Below are positions 35,876 to 45,117 of a stretch of DNA of 46,992 nucleotides, piece by piece. The stretch lies in the NCBI GenBank assembly GCA_036406255.1, contig DASWVL010000332.1:1-46992 (forward strand). The letters run 5' to 3'. Every line of letters starts with the position of its first letter. Position 1 is the stretch's first letter. The notes under the pieces were generated by a model, which saw only the letters and a program-made list of their open reading frames with translations, did not search any database and was not told the DNA's origin. The translations under genes and the position numbers were made by a program. The stretch comes from Zeimonas sp. (GTDB taxonomy: Bacteria; Pseudomonadota; Gammaproteobacteria; Burkholderiales; Burkholderiaceae_E).

Positions 35876-37051
35876 CTACTCGATTTTTCCGGCGATCACC
35901 TGCTCGCCGTTCTTGATCATGCCGACGAACACCGGCGTGATGATCTGGTGGTTCGACCCGTAGTTGTCCATGCCACCCCATCGCACGGCGCCCTGGATGC
36001 CGGCGTAAGGACTCAGCTTCTCGAACTCCGCCCGGACCTTGTCGGTGTCCTCCACGGTCCCGGCATTCTGGATGGCCTGCAGCAGCATGCGAGCCATGTC
36101 GTAGAAGTACACGGTGAACTCGTTCATCGGCGGCTTGAGCACCTTCGCGTACTTCGCCTCGAGCTCCTTGTAGGCCGGCGTGGTGGTATCGGCTGCGGCG
36201 TAGCAGATGAGGCCTTCCGCGAACTCCTTGCCGGCTGCGGCCACGATCTGCGGCACGCCGGGACCACCGAGCTTGACGAACTGCCCCTTGAAGCCCATTT
36301 CACGCGCCTGGCGAACGATCAGCCCGGAGGTGCCGGGCGGCGTCGTGCCGAGTTCGATGATGTCGGGCTTGAGCGCCAGGACACGCGTGAGCACCGGCTG
36401 GAAGTCCTTCACGCTTCGCTCGACCAGTTCCGAGGAGACGATCTCGAAGCCCGCCGTCTTGTAGTCTTCCTTGAGCAGGCGCTGCGATGCCCAGCCGGTT
36501 TCGTCGTTCGGCTCGAACTGCGCGACCGTCTTCAGGTTCGGGTAGTTGCTCCGCACCCACTTGACGATCGGACCCGCGAACTCGGTCTGCGTCGGGAAGC
36601 CCCGATACGAGTAGTCGGTGTCCTTGTCGAGCGCCTTCTCGGTGTACGCGCCGATGACGGCGAGGGTCTTGTTCTTCTCGTACAGCGGCTTGACGGCCAG
36701 GAAAGCGGCCGACCCCATCGGACCGAAAACGAATCGGACCTTGTCCTGCTCGATCAGGCGCGTCGCGCCCGACACCGACTGCGCCGCCTTGTACTGGTCG
36801 TCGTACGAGATCACCTCGATCTTGTAGGTCTTGTCGCCGACCTTCAGGCCGCCCTTTGCGTTCGCCTCGCTCGCCGCGATCTTGAGGGCGCCGTCCTGCG
36901 CCAGCCCCCATTCCGAGCCCGGTCCCGTCAGCGCGCTGACGACCCCCATCTTCAAAACATCCTGTGCCGTGGCGCCGCCCGCCCATGCGAGACCTGCCGC
37001 CAGGGCCAGAGCGCCTGCCGCTCTCGTCACCCGGATCCCTTTCATCTTCAT
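35876..37051 (-). CDS. Liv-type ABC substrate-binding protein (LivK/Peripla_BP_6 family)
   Basis: Signal peptide ending ATA-Q; LKMGVVSALTGP...G, N.KGG, IE....DDQY, DFQPVLTR; AGGAGG RBS. Confidence 0.93.
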   Translation of the reverse strand: MKMKGIRVTRAAGALALAAGLAWAGGATAQDVLKMGVVSALTGPGSEWGLAQDGALKIAASEANAKGGLKVGDKTYKIEVISYDDQYKAAQSVSGATRLIEQDKVRFVFGPMGSAAFLAVKPLYEKNKTLAVIGAYTEKALDKDTDYSYRGFPTQTEFAGPIVKWVRSNYPNLKTVAQFEPNDETGWASQRLLKEDYKTAGFEIVSSELVERSVKDFQPVLTRVLALKPDIIELGTTPPGTSGLIVRQAREMGFKGQFVKLGGPGVPQIVAAAGKEFAEGLICYAAADTTTPAYKELEAKYAKVLKPPMNEFTVYFYDMARMLLQAIQNAGTVEDTDKVRAEFEKLSPYAGIQGAVRWGGMDNYGSNHQIITPVFVGMIKNGEQVIAGKIE

Positions 37052-37141
37052 CCTCCTACAAGTAGTAGCCGTCCTGCCCCCATTCGGCAGACGCTCCGGT
37101 TGTCGCCCGGACGTCGCCCCACCACTGCGTGATGCCGGATG

Positions 37142-37202
37142 ATGCTAGCCGAACTCGCCGAGAAGACCAAGCAATTTTAAAATGCGGTTCCGCACTGCGG
37201 AC
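37142..37202 (-). promoter_or_regulatory. Putative sigma70 promoter plus IclR-type operator for the ABC operon
   Basis: Box TTCCGCACTGCGGAC at 37188-37202. Minus-strand TTGGTC (37170-37165), 17 nt spacer, TAGCAT (37147-37142). Confidence 0.6.
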
Positions 37203-37205
37203 CTT

Positions 37206-37991
37206 CTAGGCGTCTCGGGATTTCCCCGGCGCGCTGCGGTAGTCCCAGCCGTTGCGCTCGATCTTTTCGATGAACTCGACGACGCAGTTCACGAGCGCAT
37301 CGCGCATCGACCGACCCTTTTCGGCCGTGGCGGCCGACGGATCTCCGGTCGAGCCGCCGTCGGACAACTCCTCGAAGGTCCAGTACTGCACGATGTGACG
37401 ATCGGTGTGCGGGATCGCGCGCCGTCCCTTCGTCACGTCGACCAGGTCCGGAAACAGGGCAAGCGCGAGGGAGGTCTCCCCCTCGCCCCCGTGCCCCATT
37501 CCGCGCAGCGAACCGAAGGTCTCGCGCGGCAGCAGTTTCGTCACCGTGCTCCACCAGGTGGCGAGCGCGGCGATGCGCATGGCCGGATGCGACTGTCGGG
37601 AGTTGCGCGCGGCGATCTCCAGGCACGGCAGATTCCCGTCGTGACCGTTGATGACGATCACCTCCTCGATTCCCCAGTGGGCGAGCGAGCGGAAGATGTC
37701 GCTGAACAGGCGCGTCGCGGTGTCGGTCGAAAGCGAGATCGACATCGGCAGGTGACGGTAGTGCTCGCTCATTCCGAACCAGGTGGGCGGCAAGACGAAG
37801 GTGCGCTCGAGACGCTCGCCGACCGCCAGTGCGAGGTCGCGGGCGATCATCGCATCGGTGCCGAAGGGAAGGTGACCGCCATGGCTCTCGCACGAGCCCA
37901 ATGGGACGATCGCGCGTCGATACGCTCCCGCCTGGAGACTGTCGGTGTTCAGATCTTCGTAGCGGATCGCATCCTGCATGGGCAACTCCAC
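37206..37991 (-). CDS. Creatininase-family (cyclic amide) amidohydrolase
   Basis: PLGSCESHGGHLPFGTD, G.SEHY, INGHDGN, HGGEGETS, G.TGDP..AT.EKG. Start is 37991 (GTG) or 37979 (ATG). Confidence 0.92.
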   Translation of the reverse strand: MELPMQDAIRYEDLNTDSLQAGAYRRAIVPLGSCESHGGHLPFGTDAMIARDLALAVGERLERTFVLPPTWFGMSEHYRHLPMSISLSTDTATRLFSDIFRSLAHWGIEEVIVINGHDGNLPCLEIAARNSRQSHPAMRIAALATWWSTVTKLLPRETFGSLRGMGHGGEGETSLALALFPDLVDVTKGRRAIPHTDRHIVQYWTFEELSDGGSTGDPSAATAEKGRSMRDALVNCVVEFIEKIERNGWDYRSAPGKSRDA

Positions 37992-38026
37992 GGTGATTCA
38001 CAGCATGTCGGGCGACGCCGCGCGAC

Positions 38027-39238
38027 TCACGGCGTGATCGACCCCGGGGTCGGTGCCGATCCCCGTCGGTCCGCGTCTCGCAGGCGGCTCAGGCCGGCGG
38101 CGCGCCGTGCGAGCCACCAGCCGTATTGTCGAGGCCAGGAAAGGAACCGTTCGTCGCCGCCGAGCGCCTGTTCGGCATGAAGCGGCCAGTTCGGGTCGAA
38201 CAGCGCTTCGCGTCCGATGGCGACGAGATCGGCCGCGCCGGCACGCAGCACCCGTTCGGCCTGCCCGGCGTCGAGGATGAGGCCGACCGCCATTGTCGCG
38301 ACGCGGGCTTCGCGTCGTATCGCTTCCGCGAAGGGAACCTGGAAGCCGGGACCGCGCGGAAGGCGAGCGGCGGTCGCCGAACCGGTCAGGCCGCCCGACG
38401 AGCAGTCGACGACGTCGACGCCACGCTCGGCCAGCGCGCGGGCGAGGAGCACGCTGTCGTCCAGCGTCCATCCGCCGTCGATGCCGTCGACGGCGGAGAT
38501 CCGCACGAACAGTGGCTTGTCCGCGGGCCAGGCGGCACGCACCGTCTCGACGACTTCCAGCGGGAAGCGCATCCGGTTTTCCAGGCTGCCGCCGTACGCG
38601 TCGCTGCGTCGGTTCGACAGCGGCGAGAGGAATTCGTGCAGCAGGTATCCGTGGGCGGCGTGCACTTCCGCCACCTCGAAGCCGGCATCGAGCGCACGCA
38701 ACGTGGCGCTTCGCCACGATTCCTTCAGCGTACCGAGATCGGAGATCGACAACGCATGCGGTACGAGCCAGCCTTCGGCCACCGGCAATGCGCTCGGAGC
38801 CACGACGGGCCACGGCGTGTCGCCGGCGGCGAAATCGCGTTCGTCGAGCGGTCCATTGCCGTTCCACGGGCGTTGCATGCTCGCCTTGCGCCCGGCATGC
38901 GCGAGCTGTATGGCCGGTACGGCACCGAACCGTCGCAGGAAATCGGTGACGCGCCGCAGCGGCGCAATCTGGCCGTCGTGCCAGAGGCCGAGATCGCCGT
39001 GCGAGATGCGGCCGTGTTCGTGAACGGCGATCGCCTCGGCGAACACCAGGCCTGCGCCGCCCAGGGCCATCCTCCCGAGATGCACCAGGTGGAAATCGTC
39101 GGCCAGACCGTCGCGTGCGCAGTACTGGCACATCGGCGAGATCACCAGCCGGTTGCGCAGCTCGACGTCGCGCAGCCGCACGGGGGTGAAGAGCAGCGGA
39201 CCCGTCGTCGAAGGATCCTGCGAATCGGCCGGCGTCAC
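38027..39238 (-). CDS. NADH:flavin oxidoreductase / Old Yellow Enzyme (YqjM/XenA class)
   Basis: GTG overlaps the upstream stop. LRNRLVISPMCQY, QLAHAGRKAS, HAAHGYLLHEFLSP, PGFQVPFA, WPRQY. Confidence 0.93.
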   Translation of the reverse strand: MTPADSQDPSTTGPLLFTPVRLRDVELRNRLVISPMCQYCARDGLADDFHLVHLGRMALGGAGLVFAEAIAVHEHGRISHGDLGLWHDGQIAPLRRVTDFLRRFGAVPAIQLAHAGRKASMQRPWNGNGPLDERDFAAGDTPWPVVAPSALPVAEGWLVPHALSISDLGTLKESWRSATLRALDAGFEVAEVHAAHGYLLHEFLSPLSNRRSDAYGGSLENRMRFPLEVVETVRAAWPADKPLFVRISAVDGIDGGWTLDDSVLLARALAERGVDVVDCSSGGLTGSATAARLPRGPGFQVPFAEAIRREARVATMAVGLILDAGQAERVLRAGAADLVAIGREALFDPNWPLHAEQALGGDERFLSWPRQYGWWLARRAAGLSRLRDADRRGSAPTPGSITP

Positions 39239-41154
39239 AGCATCGCCTGCGGCGAGGACGAGCAATCGTCGCGGGACGGCTCCTCGGGTGCCTTGCCGTC
39301 GAAGTCCAGCGCGGTCGCGAATGCTTCGTAGATGCCCGTCGTCATCGCCCCCGGTTCGTATGCGTCCGAGAGCAGTCGATCGGCCGGCTCGAACGGCAAT
39401 CGCCACCCGATCGCATCATCGTAGGACGCGTTCGATGCATGCCCCACGACGACCAGGTCTGCGCCCGCGAATTCGGGAGGCGCTTGCGTGACACGACCGT
39501 CGCAGGCAAGGAACTGGCGCAACGTCCGCTCGCGGTAGCCCGGGTGGGCGTCCACGGCGATCGCGTGCGTCGACGTGTGAAGGACGACCTGTGCACCGCG
39601 GGTCGCCGCCACCAGCGCTGCTTCGGCCGCGGAGAGATCGTCGCCGATCACTACGACGCGGCGGCCGGCGGCGACCTCGGCGGTCTGCGCCAGCAGCGCA
39701 TAGCTCGACACCGAACCGGGCAGCGCGGCGAGGCGCGCCTGGTCGACCGGCTGGTATTGCCGCGTGCGCCAGATCTCCGCGCCTGCGCTGCCCGGCGTCG
39801 GCGTATCCGACAGATGCACGCCGGCATCGGTCGCACGGCGCAGCACCGATTCGACGACTTCGGCGTATTCCTGCTGGCCGGGGACGCGAGCGCGCCACGC
39901 CTGCATGCCGCCGACGGGCTCGTCGTTGCGGGCGACGACGGTGACGCGGTGGCCGCGCACCGCCGCCACCCATGCGGCCGTCAGTGCGGCGATCGAGGTG
40001 CCGTGGATCACGATGGCCCGCGCCTTCGGCGCGCGTTCCAGCCGAACCGAGCTTTCGCGTCCGACCCGCGGATTCACCGGGCAGATGGTTTCGGGTCGCG
40101 CCGAGCGCCCGAGACACACGTTGCAGCCCAGGCACCACACGGTGTCCTGCTCCCGGCCGGCGAGGATCTTCGCCGGGATCTGCGGATCGGCGATCGACGC
40201 GCGTCCGAAGGCCGCGACGTCGATCTGTCCGCTCGCGATTGCCGCTTCGGCGACGGAGGCGCGCTTGATCCGGCCCACGCCGATCACCGGCAGGCGCGTC
40301 GCGGCGCGGATCTGCCCCGCGAGCGCGAGCCATTGTCCTTCCGGCTCTCCGGTGATCATCGAGAGCTTGTTGAACGACTCGTAGACGCCGACGGACACCG
40401 ACAGTGCGTGGACTCCGTCGGCCTCGAGCCGGCCGGCGATCGCGATCGCCTGCTCGAGGTCGAGGCCGTCGGGAACGAACTCGCACGCGCTGATCCGGAC
40501 GATCAGCGGGAACCCGTCGCCGAGTCGCGTCTTGATGCCCGCGACGATCCGGCGCAGGAAACGCATGCGGTTCTCGAGCGCGCCACCGTATGCGTCGGTG
40601 CGGCGGTTGGAGTAGGCGGACAGGAACGCGCCGACGAGGTAGCCGTGTGCGCCGTGGATCTCGACGCCGTCGAAGCCTGCGTCGGCGAGCCGCTGCGCAC
40701 TGTCGATGAACGACGTCTCGAGTCGTTCGATCTCCGGGATCGACAGCTCGCGCGGCATCTCGCGATTCAGCGGGCAGGGAATCGCCGACGGGGCGACCAG
40801 CGGCTGGCCGGTGATCCGGCTGCGCGTCTGGCGGCCCGCGTGGCTGAGCTGCCCGATCAGGACCCCTCCCGCCGCATGCACCGCCGACGCGAGGCGGCGC
40901 AGCCCGGGCAGGTAGCGATCGTCGTCGGCCATCACCATGCGCGGCATCACCCGACCGCCCGGATGCACGCCGATGTTCTCGGTGACGATCGAACCGAAAC
41001 CGCCGTTGGCCCGTTCCACCAGATAGCCGATCAACGCGTCGCCGACCGAGCCGTCGGCCTGCGCGAAGTTCGTGGTCATCGCCGGCACCATCGCGCGGTT
41101 GCGCAGCTCGAGGCGGCCCAGGCGGAAGGGCGACAACAGGGACGGATAGGACAT
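39235..41154 (-). CDS. Multidomain OYE-family flavoenzyme with 4Fe-4S motif (FadH/BaiCD-like) and degenerate C-terminal nucleotide-binding domains
   Basis: LRNR..VPAM, QLSHAGRQ, EIHGAHGYLVGAFLS, CLGCNVC(x10)CPVNP; TGATG overlap with the ACAD stop. Confidence 0.88.
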   Translation of the reverse strand: MSYPSLLSPFRLGRLELRNRAMVPAMTTNFAQADGSVGDALIGYLVERANGGFGSIVTENIGVHPGGRVMPRMVMADDDRYLPGLRRLASAVHAAGGVLIGQLSHAGRQTRSRITGQPLVAPSAIPCPLNREMPRELSIPEIERLETSFIDSAQRLADAGFDGVEIHGAHGYLVGAFLSAYSNRRTDAYGGALENRMRFLRRIVAGIKTRLGDGFPLIVRISACEFVPDGLDLEQAIAIAGRLEADGVHALSVSVGVYESFNKLSMITGEPEGQWLALAGQIRAATRLPVIGVGRIKRASVAEAAIASGQIDVAAFGRASIADPQIPAKILAGREQDTVWCLGCNVCLGRSARPETICPVNPRVGRESSVRLERAPKARAIVIHGTSIAALTAAWVAAVRGHRVTVVARNDEPVGGMQAWRARVPGQQEYAEVVESVLRRATDAGVHLSDTPTPGSAGAEIWRTRQYQPVDQARLAALPGSVSSYALLAQTAEVAAGRRVVVIGDDLSAAEAALVAATRGAQVVLHTSTHAIAVDAHPGYRERTLRQFLACDGRVTQAPPEFAGADLVVVGHASNASYDDAIGWRLPFEPADRLLSDAYEPGAMTTGIYEAFATALDFDGKAPEEPSRDDCSSSPQAML

Positions 41155-42314
41155 CAGAGCAGGCCCAACGCCTTCGCGATGACCATCAGCTGGATCTCGT
41201 TGGTGCCTTCGCCGATCCACGCTTCGGGTGCATCCCGAAACAGTCTCGCGATCTTCATCTCTTCCATGTAGCCGGCGCCGCCGTGCAGCAGCAGCGAGGA
41301 CGTGGCCGCCTGCACGGCGAGTTCGCTCGCCATGAACTTCGCCATCGACGCCTCGCGGATGCAGTCGTGGCCTGCCATCTTCAGGCGCGCGGCCCGGTAG
41401 ATCATCAGCCGCGCGGCATCGCATCGGGTGGCCATTTCAGCGATCTTGAAGGCGACCGCCTGGAACTTTCCGATCGGCTGGCCGAAGGCGCTGCGCTCCT
41501 GCGCGTAGCGCAGGATGCTTTCGCAGGCCTCCTGTCCGATGGCGAGGCCGCGGTTGGCGACGAGGATCCTGCCCTCGGTCAGCGTCGCCTTGAGCTGACC
41601 CAGACCCTGGCCGACGCTTCCCAGCACGTAGTCGGGCGCGACCGCCACGTCCTCGAAGCTGATGAACGCCGTCGAGGACGAGTGGTTGCCGACCTTTCGA
41701 AGTTCGGAAGCGTTCACGCCCTTGTCGCGCGTATCGACCAGGAACAGCGTCAGGCTCCCGGATCCCCGGTCGTCGCCGGTCCGTGCCGCGACCACGATGA
41801 AGTCGGCGATCCCGCCGTTCGTGATGTAGAGCTTGCTGCCGTTGATGACCCAGTTGCCGCCGACCTGGCGAGCACGGGTCCGGATGCCGCGGATGTCGCT
41901 GCCGGCATCCGGTTCGGTGAGCCCGAAGGCGCCGATCCGCTCGCCGCGCGCGGCCGGGTAGGCGAACTCGGACTTCTGCGCCTCGGTACCGAAGCGCAGG
42001 ACCGGGCCGGTCGCCAGGTGCTGATGCGCGAAGACGCCGGCCGAGATGCCGGCCGACGCCCGCGTGAGCTCTTCGTAGAAGATGCAGCCCATCAGCAGGT
42101 CGCCGCCGCCGCCGATCTCCTCGGGGAAGTTCACGCCGAGATAACCGTGCTCGGCCAGTTTCCGATACACCTCCTTCGGGAATTCGCCCCTGGCTTCGGC
42201 CTCCACGGCGATCGGTTCGATCTGCTCCTGGACGAAGCGGCGGAACTGCTCGCGGAATTCCACGTGCTCGTGCTCGAGTCCGAAGTCGAGATAGGGGGTC
42301 GATCCAGTTTCCAC
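41154..42314 (-). CDS. Acyl-CoA dehydrogenase
   Basis: GTG 42314 after CAGGAG. GAFGLTEPDAGSD, INGSKLYITNG, R.AFGQPIGKFQ, HGGAGY, IGEGTNEIQ. Confidence 0.95.
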   Translation of the reverse strand: METGSTPYLDFGLEHEHVEFREQFRRFVQEQIEPIAVEAEARGEFPKEVYRKLAEHGYLGVNFPEEIGGGGDLLMGCIFYEELTRASAGISAGVFAHQHLATGPVLRFGTEAQKSEFAYPAARGERIGAFGLTEPDAGSDIRGIRTRARQVGGNWVINGSKLYITNGGIADFIVVAARTGDDRGSGSLTLFLVDTRDKGVNASELRKVGNHSSSTAFISFEDVAVAPDYVLGSVGQGLGQLKATLTEGRILVANRGLAIGQEACESILRYAQERSAFGQPIGKFQAVAFKIAEMATRCDAARLMIYRAARLKMAGHDCIREASMAKFMASELAVQAATSSLLLHGGAGYMEEMKIARLFRDAPEAWIGEGTNEIQLMVIAKALGLL

Positions 42315-42343
42315 GCGTCGCTCCTGCCGGGTTCGTTGCGGCA

Positions 42344-42420
42344 ATGATGCCAAGCGATCGGCGTAGCTGCAACAAATTTGAAAACAGATTCCGCACAGTG
42401 ATTCGGGGGCGCGCTAAGAT
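42344..42420. promoter_or_regulatory. Divergent promoter region with IclR-type operator
   Basis: Box TTCCGCACAGTGATT at 42389-42403. Minus strand: TTGCAG (42372-42367), 17 nt, CATCAT (42349-42344). Plus strand: TAAGAT -10-like at 42415-42420. Confidence 0.55.
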
Positions 42421-42455
42421 TCGCCATTCGCAGCCAAAGAATTCAGGCCTCCGGC

Positions 42456-43241
42456 ATGAACGAGAACGAGATCGTCCAGTATGTCGTCGACGACGGCATC
42501 GCAGTGATCACCCTGAACCGGCCGGAACGACGCAATGCGCTGTCGATCGCCGCCGCCGAACGTCTGCACGCGCTGTGGAGCGAGCTCGACCGCGACCCGG
42601 CCGTTCGCGTCGGCGTGCTGACCTCGGCCGACTGCGGCACCTTCTGCGCCGGGATGGACCTGAAGGAAACCGCCGAGATCCGGCGCGAGCGCGGTGTCGA
42701 CATCCTCGACGTCCTGTCCGATCCCTTCTACGAGCGGATGCGCACCGTCGGCAAGCCGATCATCGCCGCGATGACCGGACACTTCGCGGCAGGAGGCATG
42801 ATGCTGTGCCTGAACTCGGACCTCCGGGTGGGCCTCGCCGGCACGCGAGGCGGGGTCACCGAGGCGAAGATCGGCCGCGGATCGCCGTGGGCCGTGCCGC
42901 TGCTCTGGATGCTGCCCCAGCCGGTCGTCGCCGAGATGCTGCTGACGGGCGAGATGATGCCGGTGGAGCGCCTGCACGCGCTCGGCTTCGTGAACTACGT
43001 CGAGTCGACTCCTGAGGCGGTACGCGCACGTGCGATGGTTCTTGCGCGAACCATTCGCGACAATGCGCCGCTCACGGTGTTGGCGGGAAAGGAGGCGATC
43101 CTGCGCGCGATGGATCTGGGCTGCGCTGCCGGATTCGAGCGCGCAAAGTCGATCTATCGCAAGGTCTACGCGAGCGAGGACGCGCAGGAGGGTCCGCGCG
43201 CCTTCGCGGAGAAGCGCAAACCTGTCTGGGTAGGCCGCTGA
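42456..43241 (+). CDS. Enoyl-CoA hydratase/isomerase family protein
   Basis: ITLNRPERRNAL, FCAGMDLKE, KPIIAA, SEDAQEGPRAFAEKRKPVW.GR. Confidence 0.93.
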   Translation: MNENEIVQYVVDDGIAVITLNRPERRNALSIAAAERLHALWSELDRDPAVRVGVLTSADCGTFCAGMDLKETAEIRRERGVDILDVLSDPFYERMRTVGKPIIAAMTGHFAAGGMMLCLNSDLRVGLAGTRGGVTEAKIGRGSPWAVPLLWMLPQPVVAEMLLTGEMMPVERLHALGFVNYVESTPEAVRARAMVLARTIRDNAPLTVLAGKEAILRAMDLGCAAGFERAKSIYRKVYASEDAQEGPRAFAEKRKPVWVGR

Positions 43242-43242
43242 G

Positions 43243-44070
43243 ATGGCGGCGCCGCGCAGGCCGGCACCCGTCGCGCCGGTTTTCGAGGGCGGGCAGGCGG
43301 GCGCGACTTCGCTCCGGCGCGGCCTCGAGATCCTGCGCACGTTCCGCGAGGTCGACACTCCGCTGGGCAACAAGGAGATCGCCGATCGCACCGGGTTCCC
43401 GAAGGCGACCGTCGCGCGACTCACGTACACGCTCGTTCGCATGGGCTACCTGCGGAAGACCGGGCCGGCCGGGCCGTATCACCTCGGCGAGAAGGTGAGC
43501 GCGCTCGGGCACGCGCTGTTGAACACCCTGCCGGTGAGGCGGATCGCCCATCCGCTGATGACCGAGTTCGCCCAGCGCCACGACATGCCGGTGGCTCTCG
43601 GTGCCGGCGACGGCGCGTCGATGGTCTACCTCGACACGTGTGCCGGCCCCGAGACGGTTGCGATGCGGCTGCGGGTCGGCACGGTGATCCCGATGAGTTC
43701 GACCGCGATGGGCCGCGCGTACCTGCACGGCCTGGCGCCTGCCGATCGCGAAGCGCGGCTGCGGCTCGTCGAACGGCAGGCCGGCGAGAACGCACCGCAG
43801 GTCCTCGAGCGGCTGCGCCGGGCCCTGCATCAGGCGGCGCGCGACGGCTACGCGGTCTCCTTCGGCGACTGGAAGCCGGAGATCTTCGCGGTCGGAGCGC
43901 CCCTGCTGCTCGACCAGGGCGCGACACTCCTCGCGCTGAACTGCGGAGCGAGGCGGCCGCGCGATACCGAAGAGAAGTTTCGACGCGTGCTGGGGCCCGC
44001 GTTGATCGAGCTCGCCACCGATATCGCGGACACGGTCGCGAGCCTCGGCGTGACGTTCTGGAACGAATGA
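43243..44070 (+). CDS. IclR-family transcriptional regulator
   Basis: SLRRGLEILR.F, LGNKEIADRTG.PKATVARLTYTL...GYL, TAMGRAYL, GYA.SFGDW...I.AVG.P. Confidence 0.94.
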   Translation: MAAPRRPAPVAPVFEGGQAGATSLRRGLEILRTFREVDTPLGNKEIADRTGFPKATVARLTYTLVRMGYLRKTGPAGPYHLGEKVSALGHALLNTLPVRRIAHPLMTEFAQRHDMPVALGAGDGASMVYLDTCAGPETVAMRLRVGTVIPMSSTAMGRAYLHGLAPADREARLRLVERQAGENAPQVLERLRRALHQAARDGYAVSFGDWKPEIFAVGAPLLLDQGATLLALNCGARRPRDTEEKFRRVLGPALIELATDIADTVASLGVTFWNE

Positions 44071-44083
44071 GGAGACTTGCGCA

Positions 44084-44971
44084 GTGGCTTCCGCTGAAAC
44101 GGCTTCGGAGACGGTGAAGCTCCCTTCGGTGCGCGAGCGCCTGTCGAGGCGCCGCACGCGCGGCGCGGTGTCCGCCGACCGCAACTTCGTCACCGCGCTG
44201 GGCCGAGGGCTGATGGTGCTCGAAAGCTTCGCCGACCGCTCGGTCTGGCAGAGCAGCACCGAGGTCGCGAATGCGGTACGCCTGCCGAAGCCGACGGCTT
44301 CGCGCCTGCTGCAGGGCCTCGCCGCAATGGGCTACCTGCACTATTCGCCGCGCAGGCGCCAGTATCGGCTCGGCACCGCCGTGCTCGCGCTCGGTTTCGC
44401 CGCACGGGACAGCTACAGCATCGGCGATCTGGTGCGGCCCCATCTGCAGCAGCTCGCCGACGAATTCGGCGTCCATGCGGCGCTGGGCGGGCGCGATCGA
44501 CTCGACGTCATCCACCTCGAGGTCTGCCACAGCAAGAAGACCCTGATGACGCTGCGGCTGGAGGTCGGATCGCGCATTCCGCTCGCGGGCACCGCAACGG
44601 GACACGCGCTGCTGGCGGCACTGCCCGACGCCGAGCGGCGTCTGCTGCTCGAGCATCTCCGGCTGCGGCACGCGAAGCACTGGGCCGACATCTCGGCGAA
44701 GATCGACGAAGGCGTGCGCCAGTTCGGCGAGCGCGGATACACATGGTCGGTCGCGAGCTGGCGGCAGGACATCAACGGTGTCGCCGTTCCGCTCACCTGC
44801 GTCGAAGGACCTCCGCTGGTGCTTTCGTGCGGAGCGCCGGCACGCCATCTTCCCCGTCGCACGATGGACGAGATCGGCCGCCGCCTGATCGCGGTGAAGG
44901 ATGCGATCTGCCTGCACGCGGGCGTACACGCGGGGCAGGACAGCGCCCCGCCTCGAAGCGTCCGCGACTGA
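44084..44971 (+). CDS. IclR-family transcriptional regulator (second, tandem)
   Basis: DRNFVTALGRGL.VL..F, LPKPTASRL...L...GYL, LEVGSRIPL..TA.G.A, W..DINGVAVP. Exact start uncertain. Confidence 0.93.
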   Translation: MASAETASETVKLPSVRERLSRRRTRGAVSADRNFVTALGRGLMVLESFADRSVWQSSTEVANAVRLPKPTASRLLQGLAAMGYLHYSPRRRQYRLGTAVLALGFAARDSYSIGDLVRPHLQQLADEFGVHAALGGRDRLDVIHLEVCHSKKTLMTLRLEVGSRIPLAGTATGHALLAALPDAERRLLLEHLRLRHAKHWADISAKIDEGVRQFGERGYTWSVASWRQDINGVAVPLTCVEGPPLVLSCGAPARHLPRRTMDEIGRRLIAVKDAICLHAGVHAGQDSAPPRSVRD

Positions 44972-45023
44972 ACGACTCGCCCGATGGAGCCGGTCCGCTT
45001 CCGGCACGATGCGTTCGGCCGGG

Positions 45024-45085
45024 GTCCATAGTGCGGAACTTAATTCCATAATCTCTTGACGTGCACTTCATCGGTCGCACATACT
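45024..45085 (+). promoter_or_regulatory. Putative IclR-type operator plus sigma70 promoter for the SDR-SDR-CoA ligase operon
   Basis: Box GTCCATAGTGCGGAA at 45024-45038 (reverse complement TTCCGCACTATGGAC). TTGACG 45056-45061, 18 nt spacer, CATACT 45080-45085. Confidence 0.65.
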
Positions 45086-45117
45086 CCGGAGCGTCGATCA
45101 TGCAGGGGGGGACAACG

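Noticed and set aside
37206-37991. Creatininase as the missing deformylase of the PTPS-IV cluster, or as mycofactocin MftE
   Set aside because: It is ~15 kb away and sits in the ACAD-OYE-OYE operon within the IclR-box cluster; no mftABC genes are present.
45106-45112. G7 tract upstream of the DECR-like SDR
   Set aside because: It occupies the SD position of ATG 45118; short, non-coding and with no evidence of slippage.
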